Counted from the stretch's first letter, positions 10,685-22,010 are shown. The stretch is DNA of 27,181 bases from Acanthaster planci (GCF_001949145.1 NW_019091362.1:3088204-3115384); one strand, 5' to 3'. Numbers and translations: made by a program. The notes: a model not told the origin generated them from the letters alone.

Positions 10685-10942
10685 ATCAGACTGCGCATGC
10701 GTTGAACCCACCAATGATCGTGCTTGTTCCACATCTTGGCTCGACCACTTTCGGTGGCGGGGATAACATCACACACGACGCAGCACGTCACGCTGCGATG
10801 TGTGTCTCCAGGTCAAAGCAGCAGCTAGGACAGTCCCACGGTGAAAACAACACAAGATGTCATCCCCTGCCACTGACAATGGTCGAACCAAGATGTGGAG
10901 CAAGCGCGGTCATTGGTGGGCTCAACGCATGCGCAGTCTGAT
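10685..10942. repeat. Long inverted repeat (~86-bp arms, ~85-nt spacer), foldback/MITE-like
   Basis: 10685-10770 is the reverse complement of 10856-10942 with about ten differences, mostly transitions; small internal hairpin at 10771-10805. Confidence 0.9.
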
Positions 10943-11528
10943 AAACACTAACGGCATGAATGGAGCAACAGTCAACAGGTGGAAGCGAGAAATTGGTGAG
11001 CAAAAATCTCATTTTTTTTCAAAAATACTCTGTCACATGCTCTGAAACTTTTTTTATCCCCTTTTTAGGAGGTATAGATTAAGCAGGTATGCTGACAGGG
11101 GAAATTTGATTTAATAGCTTTGTTACGGCTGTGAACCATTTCACCACAAAAATTCGATTCCAAAATTCCATAGCGTTACGACGCCATGTAAACCATGTCT
11201 CCCCTAAGTCACACGGAGTATCACCGAGTTAGTGACTTAGAGTTCTTGAAGTATAACCTCCCCATCAGGCATCTAACTCCACCAAGAAGACATTGTACTA
11301 TCTATAGGCTATGAAATGTTTGTTGCACAAACATGACAAATAGGTTGTAATAGCAGAGTAAGTTGACACAATCGAAATAGACAAAATGTGTTTATGGGAG
11401 TTTGTACATACACATATAGCTATCTACAAGGTTTGTGTAAACCTTAAAGTTCTGGAAGTAGGGGCCGGGATATGCCAATATATGACAATCGTCAGATCAT
11501 GAGATGGCCGTGTTTATGGCTATGTACA

Positions 11529-12031
11529 ACTAGCCCCACTCGTGTGGCACGGACTCGCTCTCACAGTTGAACATTACGTCACTTGACCCTCCATCGTCTC
11601 AACGGCTGTTCCATGTCAAGACATAGGCCTATCTAATACACGGACTGAGCGATAAGATACTACATGTACCAACTCTTCCAAAACTTTGGCAGCAGTTTAG
11701 AAGTCTCGACATGGAACAGCCGTCGAGACGATGAGGGGTCAAGTGACATAATGTTCAACGACCTTATTTTACAGATGGCGACTGTGAGATCGAGAGAGAG
11801 CTCCTGAGATTGCATGGGTGAAGGCAAAAAGACTGGAAAATACCGAAACAAAGTGAGTGAAATCATTCAATAAATGAAAGCGGAGAGGCCAAGGATCATC
11901 TATGAGAGCAAAAGAAATTGATAAGTGGGTGCGCCGAAAATTTTCAGTACGCCGACACGAAATTGCGTATACGGATGTGTGGCTAATGGAGTGGAGCGGG
12001 AGTGAGTCCGTGCCACACGAGTGGGGCTAGT
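11529..12031. mobile_element. ~500-bp non-autonomous TIR element with nested internal palindrome
   Basis: Perfect 28-bp TIRs actagccccactcgtgtggcacggactc (11529-11556 and 12004-12031); second inverted repeat of 57 bp at 11566-11622 and 11703-11759. Confidence 0.85.
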
Positions 12032-12168
12032 ATAAAAGTAATGTACGGCCGGCCTAGTCAGCAACTTGCTCGAGGAAATAAGAAAACCCGATTCCGAAAA
12101 AAACACAAAATAAACATCCATCATGTCCATTGAACTTTCTGGTACAATCCAAAATCTAAAATTCTTAC

Positions 12169-12233
12169 CCTGCAAGCACAGTCACACAAAAATGGAGTAA
12201 AAGTATGCACGCAGTGCACAGTGAGTTTGCCAT
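12169..12233 (-). CDS. DNAJB11: DNAJB11 exon 1, signal peptide MANSLCTACILLLHFCVTVLAG
   Basis: ATG at 12233-12231; hydrophobic core ending VLAG; donor gtaag at 12168; phase 2 matches exon 2. Confidence 0.88.
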
Positions 12234-13702
12234 GTTAGCGGAATAAAATTCCCTGTATGTCCTGCACCGCCTGGTTCCAATCGAACGAATTAAGGGAAAA
12301 GGTACTCATGGAACAGGGATCTAGACATTTCCTTATCGTTTGTTTGGTGGTATTTACGTACTCCAATGTAACCACGACGCTCGCTCTGGAAGCTCCACGT
12401 AGTTTAACATACAATACATATTCATAACAGATCGGAGAAATTAGCGCCACCTTTTTCCCGTGCGTCCTGTCGGTACTGTGTGTTACTCGTGCATGTTGGT
12501 TGGATGTGGGTGCACTGTCCCAATTCAAGGAAAAAATCACCGCCGGGCAAAGGCGCCGAAAAGTACCCCTGCAGATTCTTACAAAAAGAGGAGTCTGTGT
12601 GGGCCACGAAATTGTGAGATTGTGTAAGTGTGGCCCAGCACCATCCGTATGGATTCAGGGGCTCCTATCTGGGGGCAAAGCAGACAAAAATGTTATTGAA
12701 AAATTGTCAGAAGAGCCAAAAAAAGTTGAGGAATGTCATTTGAAAAATGGCCGCTGAGAAGCCTTGGGAACGTTCGCTTTTTTGGGGGGGGGTGAGTTTG
12801 TTTTGGGCGTATATGTAAAAAAATTAACAGGTTAACCTACTAAAATTTGAAATTCAAATGAAATCTGAAGGACCAAACAACAAATTGTTTTGTTTGAGAG
12901 GCCTCAGGGACCCGGTTGCCCGCGACGAGGCTCCAAACTTTGAATTTACCGTGTTTTTAATGGAGTTTGAATAAGTTCAGTGCAACCATGTGGGCGCGGC
13001 GTCATATTCAAATGACAAAAACTCTACTATGTGAAATCTGTGGTCTGTTTTATTTAAAACATCACGGTTTGCTTTTTACATTTTACGGCATTTAGTTTTG
13101 TGTTATTCGTATTTATTAATTGTTTTGCCATCTATCCTATCTTGTAAAATTATTTTAATTGTTTCGAAATATTTTAGGTAGTTGATGGAAATATTTTAAC
13201 ATAGACATAAAATACCTAATGGTCCATTCGAAGCAAAGGCTACAAGAAGAGAAACAGTCCAGTTTGTAAAGACAGTTATTCAACTGTAATACTACAAGCC
13301 ATGTCAGACAGCCGTGTACCTTTTCACTAAAAAGAAACCAAATAGGTTTTTCGAGAATACTGGGATCTGATTCAAGGATAACTTGCACTGTAAGTTTCGT
13401 TCGACCAATCGGTAATAAACGTCCCCGTACTTGCAAGGCGGCACCGTTGAGACTTGCCTTGGTTCAAAAATGTCCACCACTTTACCCTGAAGTTTGAAAA
13501 TTGAAACCATGGCGTTTGAAAGTTTGACCACAATATTGCCTGTCCGCTTTAGAATACCACGAATTTGACTCCCACAGGCTTGAGGAACACACATCTGCCG
13601 TTGCCCTAATAAAATGAATTGGCGACAGCCCCCAGAAGCCTTCACGTCCTGGCCAAACAGATGTTGGGGTTAATGCACTTGGAACTTCAGAAGGGTTTGC
13701 AG

Positions 13703-13799
13703 GGCTGCCATCTTGCAGGCCAGTGATTTGTTCCACACAGAGTATGCACAAAAGAGATTTCCTTGTAAAATAAAAGAACTGCCCTGCAAGATGGCTGCC
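13703..13799. mobile_element. Small MITE-like inverted repeat (22-bp arms)
   Basis: ggctgccatcttgcaggccagt (13703-13724) pairs with actgccctgcaagatggctgcc (13778-13799) at 20/22. Confidence 0.6.
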
Positions 13800-15432
13800 G
13801 CACAAAGCGTCTATTGGTCAGTGGTAGAGTGCCTTATTAACATTCTTCCATATGCGTCAAACAAATTGCGAGCATAGTGTTGAAATATGGTGTTCTTTGT
13901 CTTTTCATCCGTAAAAGACCTCTCCCTGCATGAAAAGGAAGCTAGAACTGTTTGTAACGTGTTGGCGCTTCAAGTTCCTATGGTGAAAAAATGCAACATT
14001 TCCCCGGGGTAACATCCTTGAACTCTCCTGATTGATACACCACTGGGAGGAACGAATATGAGTAATGCTCCCCACACATCTACTCACACATGTACACAGA
14101 AATATTTACTTGCAACCAGGAAACCCTTATTGTTTCCCCTTTTGTTCGTGCTTTAAGTTTTTGGAAGACCTCAATCGAATGAATGCAAAAACAAACCCAC
14201 AAACACTCACATCGAGGACAGGATCTTTGGTGATTAGTGTTCTATGGTAGAATCAAATATGAACGCATAATACATGTACATGCATTTACATTATGGCGTC
14301 TCAAAGGTGGACATCTGGTTTTCTACATTCAAAATAGCAAAAAGCATATCAAAAGCTTGTGTAAAATGCATGTTTTGTGACTAATTCTTTGCTTCCTCGT
14401 GGAAACAAAGCTGACCAGTGGAAAAAATTTACACAAGGGAGAAAAATTCAAAAGCTTTTTGACAGAAGAAAACCAGTCGGTTGTTATTACAAAATGTCAT
14501 GTTTATGTACAGAGGCTCATTTTGTACATAAACAGGATTTTATTTGTTAGATTGAAGATTTTTTTTTAATAAAACAATAAGCAACTTAGACGAGGTTGAA
14601 GGAGGCTGCTTGCAAGGTTGAGGGAGCCTACCTATGCTGTTGATTGATGACACTGACACGTTTGATTTTCATTTAATGTGTTAAGACATATTTCCTAACC
14701 TGAAAGACGCAGTACTATCACAATCGCTACTCGACTAATCTATGGTGGCACATAGCTTCCTTTTATGTGCATTGCTTTTTCTTACGAATTTAGTCCAAGT
14801 TGGCAGGGTGGCAGGTTAAACACATATTTGTTTCAGCAGTTCCTATTTTTTGGCACGCAAGATTATTAAAATAAAATTCTTTCTCTACAAGAACATTACA
14901 TGTTACTGGCAATAACAGGAAACGCGAAAAAAATGGCAAAACCAGCTTTAATGAAAGTGGTTTTGTGCACCAAAGTCAACATGCAACTTTATGTTAATTC
15001 ATGTTACAGAGCAAATGGTACATTCAGAATGCTTGTTACGGGGTTCTGTTGTGACGCAAAAAATGACAGTACAGTCACGAAGTACGTCCGTTACAAAGCT
15101 TCTCTATTAATTACTGATACATTTTACAGAAAACGCATTGCAGCACAAGACAATTTTTAACAGTGTACAAGTCATGGTCAACACAGTGGTGCTCTTAGGG
15201 TAAGTTATGTTGTCATGTAAAATTGGGAAGACCAGATTACCTGATCTGACAGTGGGTGGAAAAGGAGGTGGAAGATAACTAGTGAGATCGTGGTTGTTAC
15301 TTGCACAAGCTGTCTTTTGATTGGCTTGTTGATGTACGTGAATGTGGCAAACTCGTCTACGTGCATTTACACTGGTATTGGAGAAACGTTCACATTAAGA
15401 TTTGATTTTCAAACTGTCATTTGTTGAACAGT

Positions 15433-15668
15433 TCAACTTCTATGTAATGGAAATGAATCGATAGACGGCTGAATTGGCGAAGCCTTGAAGCGTGTAATTG
15501 AGTCACTCCGGAATAACGAAGTCATAAGGACCATCAATCCATTTTGATTAGATGACTCGGTTGAGGCGCAAAAAATATCCAACAGAAGACACAATAAGAT
15601 GGTTGCCATGGCAACACTGTATAAGAAGAATGTCGCGTGAAAACTGCCAGTCACGTCATAAAGCCAAC
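15433..15668 (-). CDS. SLC16-like last coding exon (GWLYDVTGSFHATFFLYSVAMATILLCLLLD...LHRS*)
   Basis: cctcag acceptor; typical MCT GxLxDxTGSY/F motif before the last TM helix; stop at 15435-15433. Confidence 0.85.
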
Positions 15669-16060
15669 CTGAGGAAGAATGAGACAAGAGACAGATTTAT
15701 TATTAATTACGAAGGATGGATTTTTTCTCTGATCACACAAACTCTTGTACAAAAGTCGCGATTTCACTAATGTGTGCACTTTCCCTTTAGGACCAACTGG
15801 GGATTGGTTTCTTTGGCAAGATCGCATAATTCTTAGTTTACCACAAACAAAAACTGCAACTTCTTGATTGTTTTCATCAGGGCCCGCTTATTTAATGACT
15901 GCTGGGAGAGGGATATTGCCAGTATCTTCGATGGCCACAAAACATCGATTAAAAAAGAAACTGGGTATTTCGTAAGAAGTGATATGGGAGCATCACTGAA
16001 ACCATTGTTTATGACTGTGAGCTTTAACTGAAGCAAACATTCATCACTGGTATGACCAAC

Positions 16061-16870
16061 CTGCAATAACATCGCCGACTGAGACTGCTAACCCACTCAG
16101 TAAACATTGCCAGCCTAGCACATTGACAAATTCGTTGTCGTCGAATGGTAAACACCTCGTCATGACAAATAAAGCTTCGACAGCAATTCCCATCCCGGCT
16201 CCTACGATGAATGCAATTATATTCTGACCAATGACGTTAGACACAAGGGGCTCCAGAACTAAACCCACTGCACTCACGATCGCAGCTATTCCTACAGTGC
16301 CGCGGACCGACAGGGTCTTCATGTGTAAAGCCAAAGCAGACACAACCAGTCCGGCCAAGTTCCCAATCCCCCAAGCCGTTGTCAAAAACGACGCCTCGCG
16401 AGCGCTCAATCCCAGTGCCAAACCATTAGACACGATGTAGACAACGGCTCCACCATAGGCAATGCTGTAAATCATCCTGATGATGGACAAAATTATAAAT
16501 TCGATGCTATAGAAGACATCCAGGTACAACACCGAGACAACTGCATTCCAGACCTTGGATCTCAATGACTTCCCTGGTTCCTCACTCGCACAATCACTTG
16601 TCTCGACATTGCCTTCTACTGCATAGTAAGACGCTGGCGGTCTTCGTACCAACATGCTTGCCACAACGACATGGAAACTGACCCCACCCAGTAGCAGCAT
16701 TGCTCCTCGCCAACCGTACACGTCCACAAGGAATTGAGTTACAGGGCCGTACAGCATCATACCGACAGGAGATCCCGTCAGCGTCACGAAGGCAGCGAGG
16801 GCATACTTCTCCCGGAAGTAGAAAGCTAGTTCTGAGTGTGCTGGCCACGTTGTACAAACGGCCCCAGAAC
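16061..16870 (-). CDS. SLC16-like large central exon (about TM4-TM11)
   Basis: 810 nt open frame, phase 1-1; atag acceptor at 16871, gttggt donor at 16060; includes ORF 16044..16787. Confidence 0.9.
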
Positions 16871-17011
16871 CTATATCAGATAGGATAGGAGAAAGTGAGA
16901 GATAATTAAATAAATAAATAATTTATACAACGCTGTGGCCCCAAAAAGTACCTGTTTGCTGTTTGCTTTCCATAAGGTTTTTAAAATTACTGCTCCACGC
17001 GTATTACTCAC

Positions 17012-17155
17012 CAGATATAACCACCAGCGCAACAGCCAAGATGGCCACATGTCGCACCATAGCTGACATTACTAGACCAACTCCATAGAGCATGCCGCCG
17101 AAAAATACTACGATTCGGTTGCCAAACTTGCGTGCTATTGCAGCGGCCAAGGGTG
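17012..17155 (-). CDS. SLC16-like exon (PLAAAIARKFGNRIVVFFGGMLYGVGLVMSAMVRHVAILAVALVVISG)
   Basis: 144 nt, phase 1-1; ttttcag acceptor, gtgagt donor. Confidence 0.9.
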
Positions 17156-17559
17156 CTGAAAACAGATTCAAAAGGAAATCGAAAAGAAAAATTAGGGTAC
17201 TGATGATGCATGTAAAACTGAGCATGTATCTGCTTACTTGTATTAAAGTTGAAAAGGTGGCTGTAAAAACTGTGCTTCATACCGTATCATAATGGGGACC
17301 AAAGTGCGTTCGTATAAAACTGTTAAGATTGCAGAGCAGACAAACCACGCGACAGGGTGATAAACCGCTTAGTATCCTGAGCGCTTTTTCAAAGATAACG
17401 GTTGAGACAGCTCTATCTGGCCAAATAACCGTCTCGTTAGGACTGACTTCGCATTACGGACGGACTGACTGACATGGTTGAACACTACCCCATCTTGCCT
17501 TCGATAGACCAAGGAAAGCTACTGTTATGATGCTAATATAAACTGGTTGTAGTTTGACT

Positions 17560-18965
17560 GGTTGTAGATGACAAGTCCCGGGCAAGACTTTAAACTGCAT
17601 CCAGGTGAAGGAGTCCATCCTTGAGGATGATGGAGTGCCTCCTAACCTTCGCTGATACTCCCATGGCCCCCGCAGGTGTCCCTTAGGCAAGGACAATGTA
17701 AGCCCCCCGAACTAGGGTTACGGTGAAGACCCTGGCAGCAGGGTGTTGGATGACTGCATTGGCGGAGGAACCTTCACGCCAACATATAATATCCATTCGC
17801 AGGCAGAAGAGTCCTGTAATTGCACCAACGGCTGGGCAAACTGGTCAGTATGTGACCACTTCGCTGTGAGAAGGATTTGGAGGATCACTCAACAGTATCA
17901 TTTCCTCCATGACAACCACTTTCACTTAATGATTCTATGACACACTCAAGGATTGATAAGGGTTTTGCCGCAGACTGTGGGACCCACAGGCTGGACGACA
18001 GTTATATTGATATGGGGAAGAGACTGATGGTGCTGCAAGTACATGTACTACTGGTCAAAATGACGGCTTTAGGGAAAGCTTTTATCAGGAATCTTGGAGT
18101 TTGATGCAACCAGCATTGGAAAAACACCCCTCAGACGGAATAAACATTGCATGAACACTGATACTTGGAATGTTCGCACTTTGCGAAGTACTGGGAAATT
18201 TCATCTACTCATTGAAGATGAGAACCGGCTGCGACATGATTGAACTAACCGCTGTTAGGTGGTCTGGCAGAGGTTATGTTGCAAGAAAGGCCACCTAGGC
18301 AATGTATTGTTCTGGCTCTGAGAAAGGGGGAGGGCAGGTGTTGCTTTCCTCATAGAATAGCCAATGCAGTACTAGGATACAACCCGATGATCGATCGTCT
18401 TCTGTCCTTCCGCATACACTGTTAACCTTACTCAATCAGTATCATTCTTCTTCTTTCGTATGCTCCCAGCGTCTCATCCTCATATATTCAGTTCAACGGT
18501 GTAGAGCCATGCCTTTCCCCTAATCAGTATCATTGTCAACTAATTAACCGAGTAGTGATGCAGCTGACGAAGAGTTAGAAGCACACTCTAGCAATCTCCA
18601 GAGCCTCATTGACAATTCCCCAAGATCTAATAATCTCGTCGTACTAGGGGATTTCAATGCAAAAGTTGGTTGTACTTCTATCAGCAAGGAGGTGATGGGA
18701 AACAATGGCCTTGGAAGCCTAAACGAGCAAGGGATAAGGCTTGTTGAGTTTTGTCAAGAAAATCATCTCTGCGTAATGAATACCATGTTTGATCAGCACC
18801 CTTGACGTACGTCCGAGTAGACTGCGCCTGATGGGAGAATCAGATATCAGATTTACTGAATGCTCATCAATGCACGATAGATATAAAATGTCATGAAATG
18901 CAGGACACATCCAGGGGCTGATTGCGATACGGATCATCAGTTGCTAATGGCAAAGGTGATCAAGA
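17560..18965 (+). mobile_element. RTE-clade LINE, 5' portion: structured 5' region and decayed APE endonuclease (from ~18151); 5' boundary approximate
   Basis: Translates with stops and frameshifts to TWNVRTL, VRWSGRG, LGDFNAKVG, GLGSLNEQGIRLVEFCQENHLCVMNT and RTHPGADCDTDHQLL, all canonical RTE endonuclease motifs. Confidence 0.88.
18447..18521 (-). mobile_element. 75-bp 5'-truncated retroposon 3' end with (GAA)n tail, inside the RTE endonuclease
   Basis: Exact 13-bp TSD aatcagtatcatt at 18434-18446 and 18522-18534; the minus strand ends ...gaaagaagaag. Confidence 0.75.
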
Positions 18966-18981
18966 GCTGGATCAAGAGTAT

Positions 18982-19385
18982 TGTAATGGAAATAACTCTC
19001 ATCCAGGGTTGCTTTTTCTATTGTATGAATGTACTTTAACTATGTGTGGGTCTGGGAGTGCCAGAGTGGTCTTGGCCACTCTGGCCAGACCCATTCTTTC
19101 TTTATATAGTCTCTTTGTTGCTTTTGTAGTTTAACTAGGCGTGGGTCTATTGCAAAAGAATGATCTTTGTTACAGTTTCCTTACTTAAGTTGGTGTCTCC
19201 AGGAATGAGTGAGGCATTTCTGTGCCAACTGTGACTGGAGACACACCGTGCTGGACGGCTTGCTACCAGTCATGTATAATTTGTAAGTTATTTTGTATAT
19301 TAAGTTTGTTGGAAGTTTATCCCTTAATTTGGTTTGGCACCCTGGATGTCCCTTTTCTTTGCGTTTGCATTATTATTCATACAAA
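18982..19385 (+). mobile_element. Non-coding T-rich segment resembling a solo LTR or terminal repeat
   Basis: Starts tgtaatg immediately after the endonuclease breaks off; strong hairpin at 19047-19093 followed by a TATA-like tttatata at 19101; no TSD seen. Confidence 0.35.
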
Positions 19386-19389
19386 CACG

Positions 19390-22010
19390 AGTAAATGCTT
19401 CAAAAATGGTAGTAAAACCAAATGCTACTTTTTCTTCATACGACGCAATGGCTCCCGAGCATCACAGGTTTTTACGTTTCCAATGGCGTGACAAAACGTT
19501 GCAGTTCACCTGCCTATAGGCCCTATTTTGGCTGGCCAGTGCACCACGAATATTTACTTAAGTTATGAAACCAGTGGTGGCTACTATGCGCAATATTGGT
19601 CACATTTCTGCGAACTACATCGATGATCCGCTCCTTATTGGAGACACAGTTGACGAATACCATAAGAAACATTTGTGGAAGGTGTAACCTGGTGCATGAA
19701 CTTGTGTTTATAATGAATGAGGGAAAGTCGCGCTTCTCAACCACCCAAGAGTTAGACTTTTAGGATTCACAATAAATTCCAAGGAATTATCTTACGATTG
19801 CCTCTTAACAAAGCAGCGTCGGTTGTGGGTGCATGCACTAAGCTTCCAACCAAACTGATCCAACCCTTCTTTTTTGTGTCACAGGTTATCGGGAAGCTAG
19901 TTTTTGTTTTTTTGTTTTCCTTCAGTGCCCTTGGGCCTATATTCTATAGAAGCTTAGTAATTTCTAAAGACTTTGCCTTGAAAATACATAGTGAACATTA
20001 TCATGCACGAATGCATTTAACTGCAAAGGCAAAATCTGACATACACTGGTGGATAAACAACCTCTACTCCAGCTATAGGCCAATTTTGCGTCGTGTTGCA
20101 GATATTGTGATTTTTATGATTGATACATCATCTGAAGGACGTGGGGCCTTATGTCCTAAGGCTGGCGTGACAACTAATGGTAGATGGACTTCAAGTGAAA
20201 GTCCATGCGGCATAAATTGTCTGGAGAGGTTGGCAGTTCTGTATGCATTTATGTCATTTGCCATTCTCGTTCATAGTAGAACAGTTTCTGTTATATCAGA
20301 TAATGCCGTGGCAATAGCATATATCAATCACATCCATGGGAGGCTGCCATTCAGAACAACTAAATGGTTTGGCAAGGTGGTTGTGGTTTTGGTGCATGAA
20401 GAACAAGGTCTGGTTGATTGCACGCCACATTCCCGGTGTTCATAATTCTTGTGCAGATTCACTGTCACGAACTTTCAGTGATTATCTTGAATGGAAGTTG
20501 GCCCCCCAGATTTTTCACAATATCTTAACACACTTTAACGTCAAACCCTGTGTTGATCGTTTTGCATCAAGGCTTAACTACCAGTTCAAGCCATTTTTTT
20601 TTGTCTTGGTTCCTCGATCCTGAGGCAAAGGAGGGCGGCGCCTTTCCAAACTCATGGTCCAATGACATAATTTATGCTTGTCCTCCCTTTGCTGTCATTG
20701 ACAGGGTCTTACACAAGATAGAACTCGACGGATCCTCAGGTACCTTAGTCTTCCCAATCTGGCAAACTCAACATCGGTTCCCCAGACTACTGCGACTACT
20801 GACAACTTTTCCAGTAATGTTACCAAAGACCAGCAAGTAGTTTTCGCTCCCACAGGCTCCACATCAACATCATCCATAAGAAGGACAAATGACGATGTGT
20901 GCTGCTCTCTTCTCAGGCAAGCCTTCTTCTCAGAGGGCGTTTCGCGAGAAACTGTCAACATCATCCTCCACTCGTGGAAACGGAGCACGCAGAGACAGTA
21001 CTCATCCGCACTTATAAAATGGCTACACTTCTGCTCGTAACGGGCAACTGATCCCATTTATGCCACTGTGACTTCGGCTTTGGAGTTCCTTATGAGTATG
21101 GTACATGACGGGGCAGAATACAGCACAGTTAATATCACTCGGAGTGCTCTTTCAGCCCTACCGTGGCCAACCATCAGCAGGAACTATGGAAGTCATCCAC
21201 TGACAACCCGGTTCACGACAGGCCTTTCCAATATAAGATCACATTTTCCCCGAAACTCCCAAACTTGGGATGTTGGAACAATCCTTCACTATTATACAAG
21301 CAGTTTAGAGCCAATTAAATCCGTGAATCTAAATCAATTAACTTATAAGCTCGTATGTTTCTGTGCATAATCCAGCCAATGGGCCCAAAATCTTGTTTTT
21401 GTTTGACGTGGCTAACATGACGGTAGTGGGTAAACAAGTGATAATTTACATCACGGCTGTGGTTAAAACTTCGACGATGGGGAAACCAAAACAGGTGCTT
21501 GTCCTGTCGGCGTATCCAAATGACAAATCCCTTTGTGTCGTGCGTACACTTGTGGAATATTTTAAAAGTGCAACGCCGTTTCGTCACAACAAAACCAAAC
21601 TCTTTCTGAGCTATTCCACTCCCTACAAGGAGGTGAGCACAGCCACAATATCTAGATGGGGGGGGGGTTAAAACAGAGTCTGACTGAATCTGGAGTTGAT
21701 GTCATGGTCTTTAAGTCGCATAGTTTTAGATCTGCATCAATGTCCGCAGCAGCAAGTAAATGTACTTCAATAGATGTAATATTGCCAACCGCCAATTGGA
21801 TAAATTCAGCAACGTTTGGTAAATTTTATAATCGAAGTGCAACATTATCTCCCCTGCATTTCCTAAGCGGTTTTGGCAGAGGCGGTCTTGAGCAAGAAAT
21901 GAGCAATGTAATTTGGGAAATACCTTGAACTTAAGTGAAGAGTTAAAAGCTCATGGTTTTCTAAGAATGGATGAGAGACATCCTGAGTTTGTGTTAAGAA
22001 GAGATTTTTC
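19390..22010 (+). mobile_element. Degenerate DIRS-type tyrosine-recombinase retrotransposon (RT, RNase H, methyltransferase-like domain, YR); 5' gag missing
   Basis: RT: RFLRFQW..QFTCL, SAPRIFT, YIDD (19616-19627). RNase H: IDTSSEG, INCLE, SDNAVAIAYINH, HIPGVHNSCADSLSR. MT-like: DRFASRLN, YACPPF. YR: GSHPL, WDV, ATISRW, HSFR (21719-21730), KFYNR. Many stops and frameshifts. Confidence 0.92.
20900..21902 (+). pseudogene. Tyrosine recombinase of the DIRS element (frameshifted)
   Basis: ORF fragments 21068-21370, 21363-21671 and 21656-21928 join into a lambda-integrase-like YR with HxxR, W and Y catalytic positions. Confidence 0.88.

Larger units (their letters stand above)
4710..12233 (-). other. 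DNAJB11: Gene span of DnaJ homolog subfamily B member 11 (ERdj3); CDS complement join of 10 exons, 1065 nt, 354 aa
   Basis: Signal peptide, J domain with HPD, G/F region, CNC...CDEC cysteine-rich segment and C-terminal YNGLQGY*. All nine introns are GT-AG and all phases are compatible. Confidence 0.97.
15433..17155 (-). other. Gene span (3' part) of SLC16/monocarboxylate-transporter-like MFS protein; CDS complement join(15433..15668,16061..16870,17012..17155), first coding exon not in window
   Basis: Phase-1 GT-AG exons encoding multiple TM helices. MCT-family motifs include ARKFGNRIVVFFGG, YFREKYALA...GSPVG, DVYGWRGAMLLLGGVSFH and GWLYDVTGSFHATF. Confidence 0.9.

Noticed and set aside
14500..14534. 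12-bp stem hairpin tgtttatgtaca...tgtacataaaca
   Set aside because: Short, AT-rich and isolated, with no TSD or other support for function.
12234..15432. Short ORFs between DNAJB11 and the SLC16-like gene, including a possible head-to-head partner gene
   Set aside because: No recognisable domains or consistent exon chain; best treated as promoter, repeats and 3' UTR.
15860..15890. CTGATGA (minus strand) as a hammerhead ribozyme core; similar hits near 6125 and 18935
   Set aside because: No stem II followed by GAAA and no stem I/III pairing found.
16594..16870. Apparent frameshift in the SLC16 central exon suggested by ORF 16594..16857
   Set aside because: Reading from the acceptor at 16870 in phase 1 gives GSGAVCTTWPAHSELAFYFREKY in frame with ORF 16044..16787; no frameshift.
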